From positions 38,316,001-38,380,000 of the forward strand of contig OX597836.1 in assembly GCA_951406725.2 (NCBI GenBank): a stretch of 64,000 nt of DNA, read 5' to 3'. Position 1 is the stretch's first letter. Each line of letters starts with the position of its first letter. The translations under genes and the position numbers were made by a program. Under the pieces are notes generated by a model. That model ran no database searches and had not been told where the DNA came from. It saw only the letters and a list, made by a program, of their open reading frames with translations. Source of the stretch: Octopus vulgaris (taxonomy: Eukaryota). This document shows positions 15,401-26,302 of this stretch, in pieces.

Positions 15401-18400
15401 TAGTTTAGTTGTTATTGTCATTATACATTAATTACAAAAGACACAAGATTTTATCTTAATGCAGTTCATGAAGCTGATTCTGTTAAATTTGTACCACTCA
15501 ATGCTTGCCAAGTTATACATTATAGCAAATGAAATGCTTATCAATGTTTTAGTTACTATATCAATTATTTCTGTAATTAGGGATGGTCATTTTGCCAGTT
15601 TAGCCAATAAAAACACATGCACTATATAGTTGATGTTACTTTGCTTCAGCGTTATTTATTTTTTACATTAATCTTAATCTTATTTCAGCCAGATTTCTTT
15701 CAGCACACTCCTGTGACTGCATCAGTGGTCCTTTGCTTTCTTCTTTCTTATTTGTGTGTCTCTCCTTGCTAACCATCAGCCATTTTGTATTTCTATTGTA
15801 TGTGTCTTCATTTGCGCATGCGTATATCTCTATGTGCGTCTATACAATAGAAATACGAAATGGCTGACGGTTAGTAAGGAGAGACACACAAATAAGAAAG
15901 AAGAAAGCAAAAGACCACTGATGCGGTCACAAGAGTGTGACGAAAGAACTCTGGCCGAAATAAGATTAAGATTAATGTAAAAAATAATGCTGAAGCAAAT
16001 TAACACCAAATATATAGTGCGTGTGTTTTTATTGGCTAAACTGGCAAAATGACCATTCCTAAATACAACAATATCTGTTTTAACACACTATTTCACATCA
16101 AAAATCTTGGAAAACAAATATATAAATGTATCAATTATTTCATTTTGTGGTTTCTACTTGTAATTAGGTAAACTGGCTTATTTCATAGTCAAGCACACAG
16201 ATGTCCATGACACAGTATGGCACACTTCAAAATACAAAATATTCAGATTGTTGCCTGCTTCTTATCTTATTTTCAACATTATTTTAGATCCTCGTCAATA
16301 TGGTTTATCCAAATAAATATTTAATTATGTCATGAAATATTTGTATTTTTTGTTTTCTCAGGTCTTGTAAGCAGCACATCTTTTGTAGCATCTAGCTTAA
16401 ATGATGTTGTATCACTGCCATTGGATAAAAACAAATTTGTTATTACTAATTCGACCAAAGAAGAACATGTAGCAGATGTTATTCAGAAATTAGCAGCAGC
16501 TGTATGTTATGGTAACTACATATATTTTATTTTAATATATCATTTTTTACCATTTCTTTCTTTCTTACTTTATTAATCCATTAATAATCATACAAATATA
16601 CATAATTTGCCGAAATATTTGTTTCTTTCTCAGTTTAGCAGAAATCTCACTCTAAATGAATTCCTTATTTAGTTGTTCAGATATATTATTTTTACCATGT
16701 CTTTTATTTAAATTACAGAGGAAATTTGCTCTGAAAATCCCTGTTTGAATGGTGGAACATGTCAAATAGATAAAGGAAGTGCAGTTTGTGACTGTCCAAG
16801 AGGTTTTGCTGGAAGATGGTGCCAAAGCAGTGAGTGTACTTTATTAAAGTGAATTTAATGGACATGTTTACTAATAGTCTTCTTTATTTTGTATTACTTT
16901 GATATTACATTTATATGATGTTTTCTAATTTGAGGCATAGCAATTTTCAATGGTCTACTGTCATTAGTAGGTGCAACATTTTATTAGTTTACCTATTTTT
17001 ATTCAGTTTATAAATTCATAAATTTGTGCAATTAACAGGAAAATATTTTGTTGAATCTTGAAAGTCATATCACACCAAAAATAATGCACATACAGGTTCA
17101 ATTCCTTTATTATTAGTCAATTGGTTAAATATCTAATCAACTAACTAATTAATCATTTGGTTAAACAATTAACCAGATTGTCAAAAACAAAAGCAGATCT
17201 TGTAGTGGGTAAGGGAGGCCATGGGTTACAGAACAGGTTGCAAACTGCAATGAAACAGCTTTGGTGAACAATCAAACAACTGGTTGATTGTTTAACCAAC
17301 ACATTAAACAAATGATTGATTTGTTAGTCAGTTAGCTACTTGGGTGGGTGGGTGGGGGTTATTATTATTATTACCTAGGTACAACAAAATTTGTTTCAAA
17401 TCATGAAATCACATCAAGAATCTTGCAAACCAAATACAAAAGCAAAACAAGAAAAAATAGTTTAGACTCACATCAATGTGATGGTCTTCTTTCTCTTTAA
17501 TGTTAAATAATTCACAAGCATAACATATGATGAAGTTAGTTGTTAGGTAAGCACTAGAAAATATTACCAGAAAATGTTACTTCAAGTGTGAGGTAGGCTT
17601 GATATACAAACATTGATATGAAATCTGCAAACTTATTGCCCTCATTTTATCATCAGTTAACATTAGATGAAACAGTCATGTTTTATTTGTCTCTATGTTA
17701 ATATTTCCAACTTTCTTTTATTCTTGCCATATTAAGCTGTTTCCGAAATACCAAGTATATGTTAATCACATGATACACTTATCAATTTGTTATCCATTGA
17801 ACTGCAACTAACTATTCAACTATTGTTTTTTTTCAACAGCTTGTGCACAAAACGTTGATGTTGTCTTCGTATTGGACACATCTGGAAATATAAGCCCTGG
17901 AGAGTTCAGGTTAATGAAAGAGTTTGCAATTGAGATAGCTGAGAAACTGTCTATTGGAACTCATAAATCAAGAGTTGCTGCTGTTACTTACAGTTCTAGA
18001 GCCCATTTGGGATTTACTTTGGATATGTTTTCATCTGCACGTGATGTAAGGAATGCCCTTTCTTCCCTGCTTTATGAATATGGAAATTCAAATGCTGTAG
18101 CAGCTCTAGAATTGGTGCGGTCCAAAATATTCAACTATAAAACCGGAGATCGACCAGACGTCAAGAACTTTGGTAATCCTAATTCTTTACATTTTAAAAA
18201 TTTATTGAAGTTTTCTTTTAATCTATTTTGAAAATTTTAGAAATATTTTCCTAAATATTTGTTTTAATTTACATTTTCATAATTTCACTAAGTCAAAGTT
18301 TCAGGATAAACTTTATCATGATTGAATATATTCTTTATGTCTTTACTATCAATTACCAATCATTATCATCATCATTGTTTAGCGTCCGCTTTCCATGCTA

Positions 18401-21400
18401 GCATGGGTTGGACGGTTCAACTGGGGTCTGGGAAGCCAGAAGGCTGCACCAGGCCCAGTCTGATCTGGCAATGTTTCTACGGCTGGATGCACTTCCTAAT
18501 GCCACCCACTCCGTGACTGTAGTGGGTACTTTTTACATGCCACCAGCACAGGTGCCAGACGAGGCTGGCAAACGGCCACGATCAGATAGTGCTTTTTATG
18601 TGCCACCGGCATGGAGGCCAGGTGAGGCTGGCAACGGCCACGATTGGATGGTGCTTTTTACGTGCCACCATCACGGAGGCTAGTCGGGGCGGTGCTGGCA
18701 ACGGCCACATTTGGATGGTTCTCTTACGTGCCACCGGCACTGGTATCACAGCTACAATTTCATTGATGTTGATAGATTGTAATTTTATGTGTGATAAGTA
18801 GCAGTCAATATGTTCTCCCTTCTTATAACGATTTATGATATATGGTAGTAAATATTTCAAAAAGTGATAGGATTTGGTCAGATATACACTGAGTACATAT
18901 TCAAGACTATTCCCATCGATTACTATCTTCAAGTTCTCAATTTATGTCTTTCAATACACTGATAATTTCTCTGAGAAAGATTCTATGATGTCACTGAATT
19001 AACATTTCTCATTTATCTTTCTTTCACTTGCAGTAATCTTTTTATCAAATACTGAGTCTAAAATTCACCCTGAACACACAGTAGCATCAGCCAGAGCTTT
19101 AAGGAACATCGCTCATATCTATGCAATTGGAATTGCAAACTATGACATAAAAGAACTTTACGACATAGCAAGTTTACCATATTTACTAAATGTTTTCACA
19201 GCTGAAAACTATGAAGGTCTTTTCAACTATACAAATGGACTTACACAATCTTTCTGTAAAGGTAAGCAACACGGTTTTATAATTTATCATTTCAGTGGTT
19301 TCAGTTACCAGATTGAAGCCATGCAATCAAGGTTTTAATTTATCATAAGCAACCCCAGTATTATGAAACGTGTTTAATTGATCTATGTTTATTAAGTGAC
19401 TAAGTTAACTTATTGACAAAAAGAGATGCAACTCAACACACCAGTATACATATAACATGCTTCCACAGTGTCTATTAAATCCTACTTATTAGGTATTAGT
19501 CTACCCAAGCTGTTGTGCTCTGGCATAAAAAAAAAACTGAAACAATTCCAGCTTACACTTTTACTTGTTTCAGTCATTTGACTGCGGCCATGCTGGAGCA
19601 CTGCCTTTTTAGTCTAGCAAATCGACCCCAGGACTTATTCTTTGTAAGCCTAGTACTTATTCTATCGGTCTTTTTTGCCGAACCGCTAAGTAATGGGGAC
19701 ATAAACACACCAGCATCGGTTGTCAAGCAATGTTGGTGGGGACAAACACAGACACACACACATATATATACATATATATATATATATACGACAGGCTCCT
19801 TTCAGTTTCCGTCTACCAAATCCACTCACAAGGCTTTGGTTGGCCCAAGGCTATAGTAGAAGACACTTGCCCAAGGTGCCAGGCAGTGGGACTGAACCCA
19901 GAACCGTGTGGTTGGCAAGCTACTTACCACTCCTGTGCCTTATTCACAAATAGTTATTAAATATTGTTGAATGTGTCATATAGCTTCCAAGATGGTGGCA
20001 TGCATACAATAAAAAAATATTTTCAAATCACAATATTTCAATATTCTTTCCATCTTTTGAATTTAAAAATTAATTTAAAATAATCTGCTGCTGCATTCAT
20101 TGAACAATTCTGTTCTAATACAAAAATGAAATTCAAATCAACATTTTATTTCATTGTGTATGAATTAAGCTTTAAAATTATCAAGACAGATTAATATTAG
20201 ATGTGCGTCAATTTGAGAAAGAAAGCAGCAACAGGTCAAAATTTTGTATGAAACTGATACTTATATATGCTTAATATTATTTTATGTTGGTAATCTTAAC
20301 AGTTGTGGAGGCATGTGGCTTAGTGGTTAGCATCATGATCGTAAGATTGTGGTTTCAATTCCTGGATCAGGCAACGCATTGTGTTCTTGAGCAAAATACT
20401 TCATTTCATGTTGCTCCAGTCCACTCAGCTGGCAAAAATGAGTAACATTGCGATGGACTGGCGTCCCATCCAGCTGGGGAACATATACACCCTTGAAACT
20501 GGGCCCATGAGCCTGGCTAGGCTTTAAAAGGGCGCATTTATTTATTATAATCTTAACAGTTAATATTCATTTATAATTTATCTTGAGTGTTAATTCTTGT
20601 CTAAACTTCAAAGCACAGTGAGACATCTTGCCATGCTAGATATTAATGTATGTGTACATATAGTTTAAGCTGTCCTGTTACATTATGTCACTGGGGCAGA
20701 TATTTTAAAGAAGATAAAAATAAGTTTAAAAAATATAGATGTCAATGCATATTTTCCAGATAATTGAATGTTTGTCTTTTCTATTCTTAAAGCATCAACC
20801 TTCTGTGACAGTAACCCCTGTCAGAACGGTGGGGTCTGTGAACCTGCTTCCGCAACTTTCAGATGCAAATGTGCTGATGGTTATGCTGGTCGATTCTGTG
20901 AAAGACGTAAGTACATCAAATTTATTTGGTTTATTCTTATGGTTTACTAGAATATAATCTACTGGAGCAAACAAAGATAGTTCTTTATCATAGAGTTCAT
21001 CATCATCATCGCTTAACATCCATCTACCATGCAAGCAAGGGTAGGGTAGTTGACAGGGGCCAACCAGGTAGAAAAACTACCGTAGGTTACTGTGTCTGTT
21101 TTGGCAGAATGGAATCAGTGCTTTTTAGGTGACACTAGAACAGGTGAGATTAGTTTTGGCATGATTTTTACAGCTGGATGCCTTTCCAAATGCTAACCAC
21201 TTTAAAATGTGGACTGGTGGATGCTTTTCTTTCCAAATGCCAGCCACTTCAAAATGTGGACTGGATGCTTTTTACGTGGCACCAGCACTGGCAGAGTCAT
21301 CAAGTAACTCACAAGACAAGGAATTATGAGAGGGGCAGGGACATTTGAGGAGGGGAACTTGTGTCGGTGGATGAAAGGTTAGAGTGTGACAGCAACAGAG

Positions 21401-23207
21401 AGATAGAAACAGGTGTCTTGCTATATTGGAGGGACATTAAAAGAGGTGATCCAGTATTAGATGATGAAATGTGTGACAGAGAAATTGAGAGGCATAAATA
21501 GGTGAATTGCTACTGAGGTGGTACATAGTTACCCAGTGAGAGAGAGAAAGTTCATATATAAAATGTAAAATCTTTTACAAAGCTATATATATATATAAAT
21601 AATATAGAAATGACATTCAATTATGCTACAAACTTTACATTTAGAAAGGAAATGAAGATTTGGTACTTTGCAGATATTATCAAGGAACAATTTTGTTGAT
21701 AGCTATTAATTTCTAATTAATCTATTGTTAGAAAATGGATACAATGATTATGATAGTCTGTTTTCTCTAAATATGTTGTACATCAATATCATTAAATCAG
21801 GTGAGAATTTGAGTATTGATCCTTCTTAATGAAAGTTCCATAATCTTTACTTCATATTCTCCAAAAAATATAATTATATAATTTTTACTGTATCAATGAA
21901 CTGCAATTAGTATGATTTAAGACCTTTACTGCTACAAACTATTATTGAAGTCAACTGAAAGTTACAATTTGTTCTAAGATTTCTGGTAATGTACTGATCA
22001 TATTGATATAGTAGCTAATTAAATTGGTAATGATCATGAGTTAATATTGTATATTTCTTGCAAGTAATACATTCTCATTCTAGTTTTTGTGCTGCATATC
22101 GAAAGGCACATGAAGCTACTCAGAATTTATTCTCTGCATAGTTGATAACGGCTTCTTATATCATAACTGTCAAATGTTTTACAGAATTAAAATGTATTTC
22201 GAAATGTTTCCAAAATTTTAGCATTTCTTATTAATGTTTGAATAGTTTATTTACTTGCTTTTCTTTGAATTAACATTAACCATCAAAATAAAGAAAAAAT
22301 TCTAAATAACTCATTGGTTTAAAAGCAAAAAGACTCCTTTCAGTCATAGCTAAGATGATTTCAGATAAGTCTTCAAAGTGACTCGCTACATTGTAAGCCA
22401 TACAATAGTAGAAGAGATCGTACGTACATACACAACAAATATTTTCTTGTTCTGACCAAAATACCATTTGCAGCTTTTAGTCAGATTCTTTAATGATTTT
22501 TTTCTTTGTTTTTTTCAGGTTGTGAAATAGTGAAGGACATTGCTTTTGTCTTGGATTCTTCAAGTAGTGTTGGGGAAATTAATTTTGAGCGTATGCTTGA
22601 TTTCACAAGTAAATTGGTGGATGATTTAGCTGATAGAAACATGAGATATGCTTTGATTACTTACAGCAATGTTGCTACTTTAGTATTTACATTCTCTCGT
22701 TACAAAGATGCAGAAACAGTTGCTTCTATTGTTAAGCGTACAGCCTACAAACCTGGATCTACAAACACAGCTTCAGCCCTGGCCAATGCTGCAGATATAT
22801 TTTCTATTGATTATGGCTCCAGACCATCAGCTGAAAAAGTTGTCATTTTGATTACAGATGGTTTGTCTAATGTTGATTATCATCTAACTATTCCAAATGC
22901 TGAACGTCTGAAAGCACGTGTTAATAAAGTTATGGCTATAGGGGTGGGTCTTGATAATACAGAGGAAATTAGGCAAATAGCTTCAGCTGATAAATTCATG
23001 TACACCGTTCAAGATTTCACATTATTAGAGGATGTTGAAAATGATATTGTAGGTGATACATGCCTCATGCAAGAGAGAACAGATACAAGCAGAGATGATA
23101 TAGAGATGGAGATAGAGACTGATACAGAAGATGATTTCGGCGATGATATAGAGAGTGAAACAGATAATAATTATGAAATAGTAACTAGACCACTTTCAGT
23201 TGCTTAA
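1258..23207 (+). CDS. Multi-exon vWA/EGF extracellular-matrix protein (matrilin/collagen VI-like vWA array), 3' 18 exons; order vWA-(RRTTP linker)-vWA-EGF-vWA-EGF-vWA-EGF-vWA-EGF-vWA-acidic tail; 5' end lies upstream of the window
   Basis: 18 GT-AG exons join in one continuous frame (4,253 nt) ending at TAA 23205-23207. vWA first-strand motifs: [46 protein letters not shown]. Four C-x-x-N-P-C-x-NGG-x-C EGF exons. Confidence 0.9.
3063..3369 (-). mobile_element. tRNA-headed SINE, family S2 (long tail variant)
   Basis: Minus strand has A box TGGCTTAGTGG, B box GTTCAATTC, then GTGTCCTTGAGCAAGATACTT; the head matches the copy at 20305. Confidence 0.8.
3567..3829 (+). CDS. Exon: vWA1 N-half ([13 protein letters not shown]...KAFNE)
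   Basis: ttgcag| acceptor, GAA|gtaagt donor, phase 1-0. Confidence 0.9.
3968..4349 (+). mobile_element. tRNA-headed SINE, family S1 (CORE-like box, internal TA/TG tract, LINE-derived tail)
   Basis: TGGCTGTGTGG A box, GGTTCA B box, CACCTTAGGCAAGTG, tail GGCGGTGCTCCAGCATGGCC...GTAAAAGAG; five young copies in the window. Confidence 0.9.
5714..5928 (-). mobile_element. tRNA-headed SINE, family S3, with a hammerhead-like 3' region
   Basis: A box TGGTCTAGTGG, B box GTTTGATTCC; the 3' part has CTGATGA-stem-GAAA. Confidence 0.7.
5752..5799 (-). ncRNA. Minimal type I hammerhead ribozyme-like motif
   Basis: gacac-CTGATGA-a-GGCTG-gagggtatat-CAGCC-GAAA-tgtt-gtgtt; stems I and II pair. Confidence 0.6.
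6554..6842 (+). CDS. Exon: vWA1 C-half ([25 protein letters not shown]...)
   Basis: tttag| acceptor, G|gtatga donor, phase 0-1; GDRP motif and VFVLGLG strand. Confidence 0.9.
7053..7316 (+). CDS. Exon: Pro/Thr/Arg-rich mucin-like linker with (RRTTP)n
   Basis: tttttacag| acceptor, CAG|gtaa donor, phase 1-1. Confidence 0.85.
7180..7276 (+). repeat. Coding 15-bp minisatellite, about 6 units of CCCCGAAGGACTACA (PRRTT)
   Basis: Tandem units read directly in the sequence. Confidence 0.9.
7477..7794 (+). CDS. Exon: vWA2 N-half ([17 protein letters not shown]...GDRP)
   Basis: ttgtag| acceptor, G|gtaaat donor; intact DxSxS. Confidence 0.93.
8683..8931 (+). CDS. Exon: vWA2 C-half ([14 protein letters not shown]...PICK)
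   Basis: ttttcag| acceptor, G|gtaaga donor; TDG motif. Confidence 0.93.
9129..9242 (+). CDS. Exon: EGF1 ([38 protein letters not shown]); absent from the ORF track
   Basis: 114-nt phase 1-1 exon with six cysteines in EGF spacing. Confidence 0.92.
9369..9688 (+). CDS. Exon: vWA3 N-half ([17 protein letters not shown]...GDRDG)
   Basis: ttctag| acceptor, GGG|gtaagt donor, phase 1-0. Confidence 0.92.
9786..10023 (+). CDS. Exon: vWA3 C-half ([11 protein letters not shown]...PIFE)
   Basis: ctag| acceptor, A|gtatgt donor, phase 0-1. Confidence 0.88.
10433..10546 (+). CDS. Exon: EGF2 ([16 protein letters not shown]...CEK)
   Basis: 114-nt phase 1-1 exon, six cysteines. Confidence 0.92.
11082..11379 (-). 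mobile_element. Non-autonomous Helitron-like element with internal (CTGT)n
   Basis: Minus strand A|TC 5' end and CTAG|T 3' end, subterminal hairpin GACCC...GGGTC, no TSD. Confidence 0.75.
12185..12416 (+). CDS. Exon: vWA4 part 1 ([17 protein letters not shown]...SML)
   Basis: ttttgcag| acceptor, AG|gtaatt donor, phase 1-2. Confidence 0.88.
13333..13715 (-). mobile_element. SINE family S1
   Basis: Reverse-complement match to 3968-4349 over its length. Confidence 0.9.
14867..15060 (+). CDS. Exon: vWA4 part 2 ([18 protein letters not shown]...IMAL)
   Basis: Weak AAG acceptor, but phase 2-1 fits the neighbours; G|gtaaga donor; GDR motif. Confidence 0.8.
15572..16128. mobile_element. Fold-back element: about 230-bp inverted arms plus a one-sided extension, Penelope pLTR-like
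   Basis: Arms 15572-15801 and 15842-16067; 13-bp direct repeat TATCAATTATTTC at 15559-15571 and 16129-16141; hammerhead-like core at 15918-15951. Confidence 0.7.
16362..16511 (+). CDS. Exon: vWA4 part 3 ([20 protein letters not shown]...AAAVCY); absent from the ORF track
   Basis: ttctcag| acceptor, G|gtaact donor, 150 nt, ends with the domain-closing cysteine. Confidence 0.85.
16719..16829 (+). CDS. Exon: EGF3 ([37 protein letters not shown]); absent from the ORF track
   Basis: 111-nt phase 1-1 exon, A|gtgagt donor, six cysteines. Confidence 0.92.
17133..17335. repeat. Old imperfect inverted repeat (MITE-like remnant)
   Basis: CTAATCAACTAACTAATTAATCATTTG...TTAACCAG is mirrored, with indels, at 17280-17335. 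Confidence 0.4.
17840..18172 (+). CDS. Exon: vWA5 N-half ([17 protein letters not shown]...GDRPDVKNF)
   Basis: caacag| acceptor, G|gtaatc donor. Confidence 0.92.
18361..18773 (-). mobile_element. SINE-like repeat S4 with an RTE-type (GAT)n tail and about four internal 55-60-bp tandem units
   Basis: (CAT)n, then TTTAGCGTCCGCTTTCCATGCTAGCATGG, GGCTGGATGCACTTCCTAATGCCA, and repeated TTTTACGTGCCACC...CTGGCAACGGCCAC units. Confidence 0.75.
19034..19261 (+). CDS. Exon: vWA5 C-half (VIFLSNTES...IYAIGI...SFCK); absent from the ORF track
   Basis: ttgcag| acceptor, G|gtaagc donor, 228 nt open frame. Confidence 0.9.
19555..19939 (-). mobile_element. SINE family S1
   Basis: Reverse-complement match to 3968-4349. 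Confidence 0.9.
20305..20547 (+). mobile_element. tRNA-headed SINE, S2 head with a different tail, 14-bp TSD
   Basis: TSD TAATCTTAACAGTT at 20291-20304 and 20548-20561; (TTTA/TTA)n tail. Confidence 0.88.
20793..20906 (+). CDS. Exon: EGF4 ([16 protein letters not shown]...CER)
   Basis: 114-nt phase 1-1 exon, C|gtaagt donor. Confidence 0.92.
20998..21320 (-). mobile_element. Older S4-type repeat
   Basis: (CAT)n tail, CAGCTGGATGCCTTTCCAAATGCTAACC and TTTTACGTGGCACC match 18361-18773. Confidence 0.6.
22519..23207 (+). CDS. Terminal exon: complete vWA6 plus Asp/Glu-rich tail
   Basis: tttttcag| acceptor; DSSSS, T and TDG MIDAS residues; TAA stop. Confidence 0.93.
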
Positions 23208-23627
23208 TTACATGACTGGCTTCATTTTAAAGCTGGAATTATATGTCTGAGGGAAAAATATTTTTGAAAATATTTTCTTTTTGATTTTGAAAGGAAATAT
23301 TTAAAAATAATGTTCACTTGCCAATAACTTCAGTCACTTTTTACTTCATTTAAACTAAATCTAATGATGAAGTAGAATAATGAATTGTGACTTACAACAG
23401 TTAGTTTTGGGACTCTTTAAAATATTTTTTTTTCTAAAGTATGGTTGCTATTTTTAATTCCTTTCCCTTCCACTAATTCCTCTAAGTCAAACTTGAGCAC
23501 CAAACTGACCACCATCAGGAAGTCATTGTATATATGCCATCATTTTTGTAAAAGTGTTCAATTTTTTTTGAAAATGGAAAGTCATAATACAAAAGAAAGA
23601 GTGATTTAGTTCAAATAGAGACTTTCA

Positions 23628-23667
23628 AATAAATTTGTCCCTAATACTTGTTTTTTTTTTAAATAAA
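23628..23667 (+). promoter_or_regulatory. Candidate polyadenylation signals AATAAA (23628-23633 and 23662-23667)
   Basis: Hexamers about 420-460 nt after the stop, followed by T/GT-rich sequence; the AT-rich background limits confidence. Confidence 0.45.
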
Positions 23668-23944
23668 AACAAAAAAGAAAATAAGTTGAAACAAATTGTG
23701 TTAATTTGTGTTTTTTGTTAATAGAAAATGAAATTAAAATTACCTTGCATGTATTTCTTTCGAAAAATTATTGTTGCATGGCCAGGTAGAAACATCTCAT
23801 CCTATGTGAGACTTCCTTGATTGCAATCAAACAATTACAGCAACTTCAATTCAGAAAATATACACCAAATAAAACTCAGACAACACAGAAAAAAACGTCT
23901 TATTTCTGTCAAGAGCAAAACTTCAAGGCTGCCACCATCAGTGT

Positions 23945-24090
23945 TTGCCATGGCAAAAAATGCTTTTGGATATTGTTGAGGTGATAGAATGGAGGAAAGT
24001 AGAAATGTATTGTGCACAAGAGGTAAGATTGAGGGAAGCCAGATACCTCATGGGCAAGGAACACAGATTTCAATTTATCTGGTATTCAGA
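23945..24090 (+). pseudogene. Degenerate fragment of an RTE-type AP-endonuclease N-terminus
   Basis: IVEVIEWRKVEMYCAQEVRLREARYLMGKEHRFQFIW resembles the ...D-x-x-C-x-QE-x-RW...YK-x-FW pattern. Confidence 0.5.
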
Positions 24091-24126
24091 TAGGAGTACA
24101 TATATGGCTGGCGAGAGAAATAAATA

Positions 24127-24452
24127 GCTGGACCGTGTAGTAAGAAGCTTGCTTCCCAACTATATGGTTTGAGGTTCAGTCTCACCATGGGCATGTGTTT
24201 TCTACTATGGCCTCAGGCTGACCAAAGCCATGAGTGGATTTGGTAGATAGAAACTGAAAGAAGCCCATCGTATATACATGAGTGTGTGTCCTTGACAACC
24301 AGTATTGGTGTATTTATTACATCCGCAAACTGCAAAGATGCTCAACAAAAGAGATGCATTGAATAAATACCAGACTTTTAAAAATTAAGTACAGAAGGTT
24401 GCTACATTTGATTAATAAACTCTTCGAGGTGGTGCCCCAGCATGGCCATAAG
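24127..24452 (+). mobile_element. Old diverged S1-type SINE
   Basis: GACCAAAGCC, GAGTGGATTTGGTAGA, GAAACTGAAAGAAGCCC and tail GGTGGTGCCCCAGCATGGCC. Confidence 0.75.
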
Positions 24453-25536
24453 CAACATAATAGTAACAGTGAACTCTGACAATTAATTGAACAAGAAAAT
24501 AAAAGTGTTTCAATGAAGTAAATATAAACAGCCATAGAGGCATAAAATTAACGTTTCCGGTAACTAAAAGAGTATTTTTAGCATCACCAGATTTAAGAGA
24601 AAATTACCTTAGATGAGATACAGTTTGGATTTGTGTCTGGAACGGGTACCGCTGCTGTCCTGGTATGAAACAATTATTTTAAGGGTATACATGTACAGAG
24701 ATAAAGTCAATACAATGAGAGTAATGAAACTTTTTTTTTTTGTTATCATTCTTATCAAAATTGCATCCACGTTTTGCATATAGTTTACTTGACAGTCAAC
24801 AATGGAAGATTTACTGGTGTTAACAATGCTAATCAAGAGTCGTATTTATGTCCTGACTTAACAGTTTCATAAGAAAACAGCCGACTTCAAGAGAAAATAC
24901 AACACTTGTTAAACATCTTTCAGATTGATTTCAACAGTTTTATGCTTGAGGCATAAGGTGGGTATGGCTAGCCCCTACTTTTTTCCTTGAATTAAGAAAC
25001 TCAGTCGTTTTACTAAAATATGTCTGGAACTATCATCTATTTTCAAGTAAGAATCTTACGTGGACCTCATAAGAGATAATTGGTGATTCTTAGGTGCCAG
25101 GTCATCCGTAACTGGACAATTTTGTTGTTAGAAATGTTGTATGTGGCCATTCCATCCTTGAAAATTGAATAGCTAGGAATTATATAGTTAAAGTCTTTTA
25201 TAAGGTGCAATATGAATGAATTTTGCTGTGCTTTTCAGCAAGTTGAGCAACTATTTAGAAGTCCCATGGGGTGCATTGTCATGTAGTGTAGTAGCACATC
25301 ATACCACCAGGGTAACATGGTCAAAAATGTGGAAGGCAAATCACAAGATGGTAAAACTCACAATGGAGACAATGAGTGAGATACGAAAAAATAGAAAGAC
25401 GTGACGCTGTGGTGAGACAGCTACGTCTGCACATTATCATCGAATTGATAAAACTAATAAATTATCACAATAATTTGAAATTATGAGTGTAAAGAATAAT
25501 TGTTGTCATAATGGATTTGTCATATATACAGTCACT

Positions 25537-25832
25537 GGCATGGCTGTGTGGTAATAGCGTCGCTTTCCAATCACATGATTTTAGGTTCAGTCCCTCTATG
25601 TATGGCCTCAGGCCAAACAAAGGCTTGTGAATGGATTTCATAGATTTAAACTAAAAGAAATTCATCATATGGGCGCTGGAGTGGCTGTGTGGTAAGTAGC
25701 TTGTTTACCAACCATATGGTTCCGGGTTCAGTCCCACTGCGTGGCACCTTGGGCAAGTGTCTTCTACTATAGCCTCGGGCCGACCAAAGCATTGTGAGTG
25801 GATTTGGTAGATGGAAACTGAAAGAAGCCCGT

Positions 25833-25866
<34 letters not shown>

Positions 25867-26302
25867 TGTGTGTGTTTGTGTGTCTGTGTTTGTCTCCCTA
25901 GCATTGCTTGACAACCGATGCTGGTGTGTTTATGTCCCCATTACTTAGCAGTTCGGCAAAAGAGACCAATAGAATAAGTACTGGGCTCACAAAAGAATAA
26001 GTCCAGGGTCGAGTTGCTCGATTAAAGGTGGTGCTCCAGCATGGCCGCAGTCAAATGACTGCAACCAGTAAAAGAGCGAGTAAAGAGTATATGTGTTTGT
26101 GTGTGTGTGTGTGTCTATCTTTGTCCCTCCCCCACTGCTTCACAATTGGTGTTGATGTGTTTATGTCCCTGTAGCTTAATGATTTTAGCAAAAAGAGATC
26201 AATAGAATAAATACCAGGCTTTAAGAATAAGAAGTTCTGGGGTTGGTTCATTTGACTAAAAATTCTTCAAGGTGGTACTGCAGTCAACTAACTGAAACAA
26301 AG
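25537..26302 (+). mobile_element. Old S1 SINE split by a younger S1 copy
   Basis: 5' half at 25537-25670 and 3' half at 26090-26302 are collinear with S1. Confidence 0.8.
25672..26089 (+). mobile_element. Young S1 SINE, nested
   Basis: Full head-to-tail match to 3968-4349. Confidence 0.9.

Noticed and set aside
18520-18745. Spaced repeats that superficially resemble a CRISPR array
   Set aside because: The units are degenerate tandem copies whose 'spacers' are homologous to each other, they lie inside a eukaryotic repeat, and there are no cas genes.
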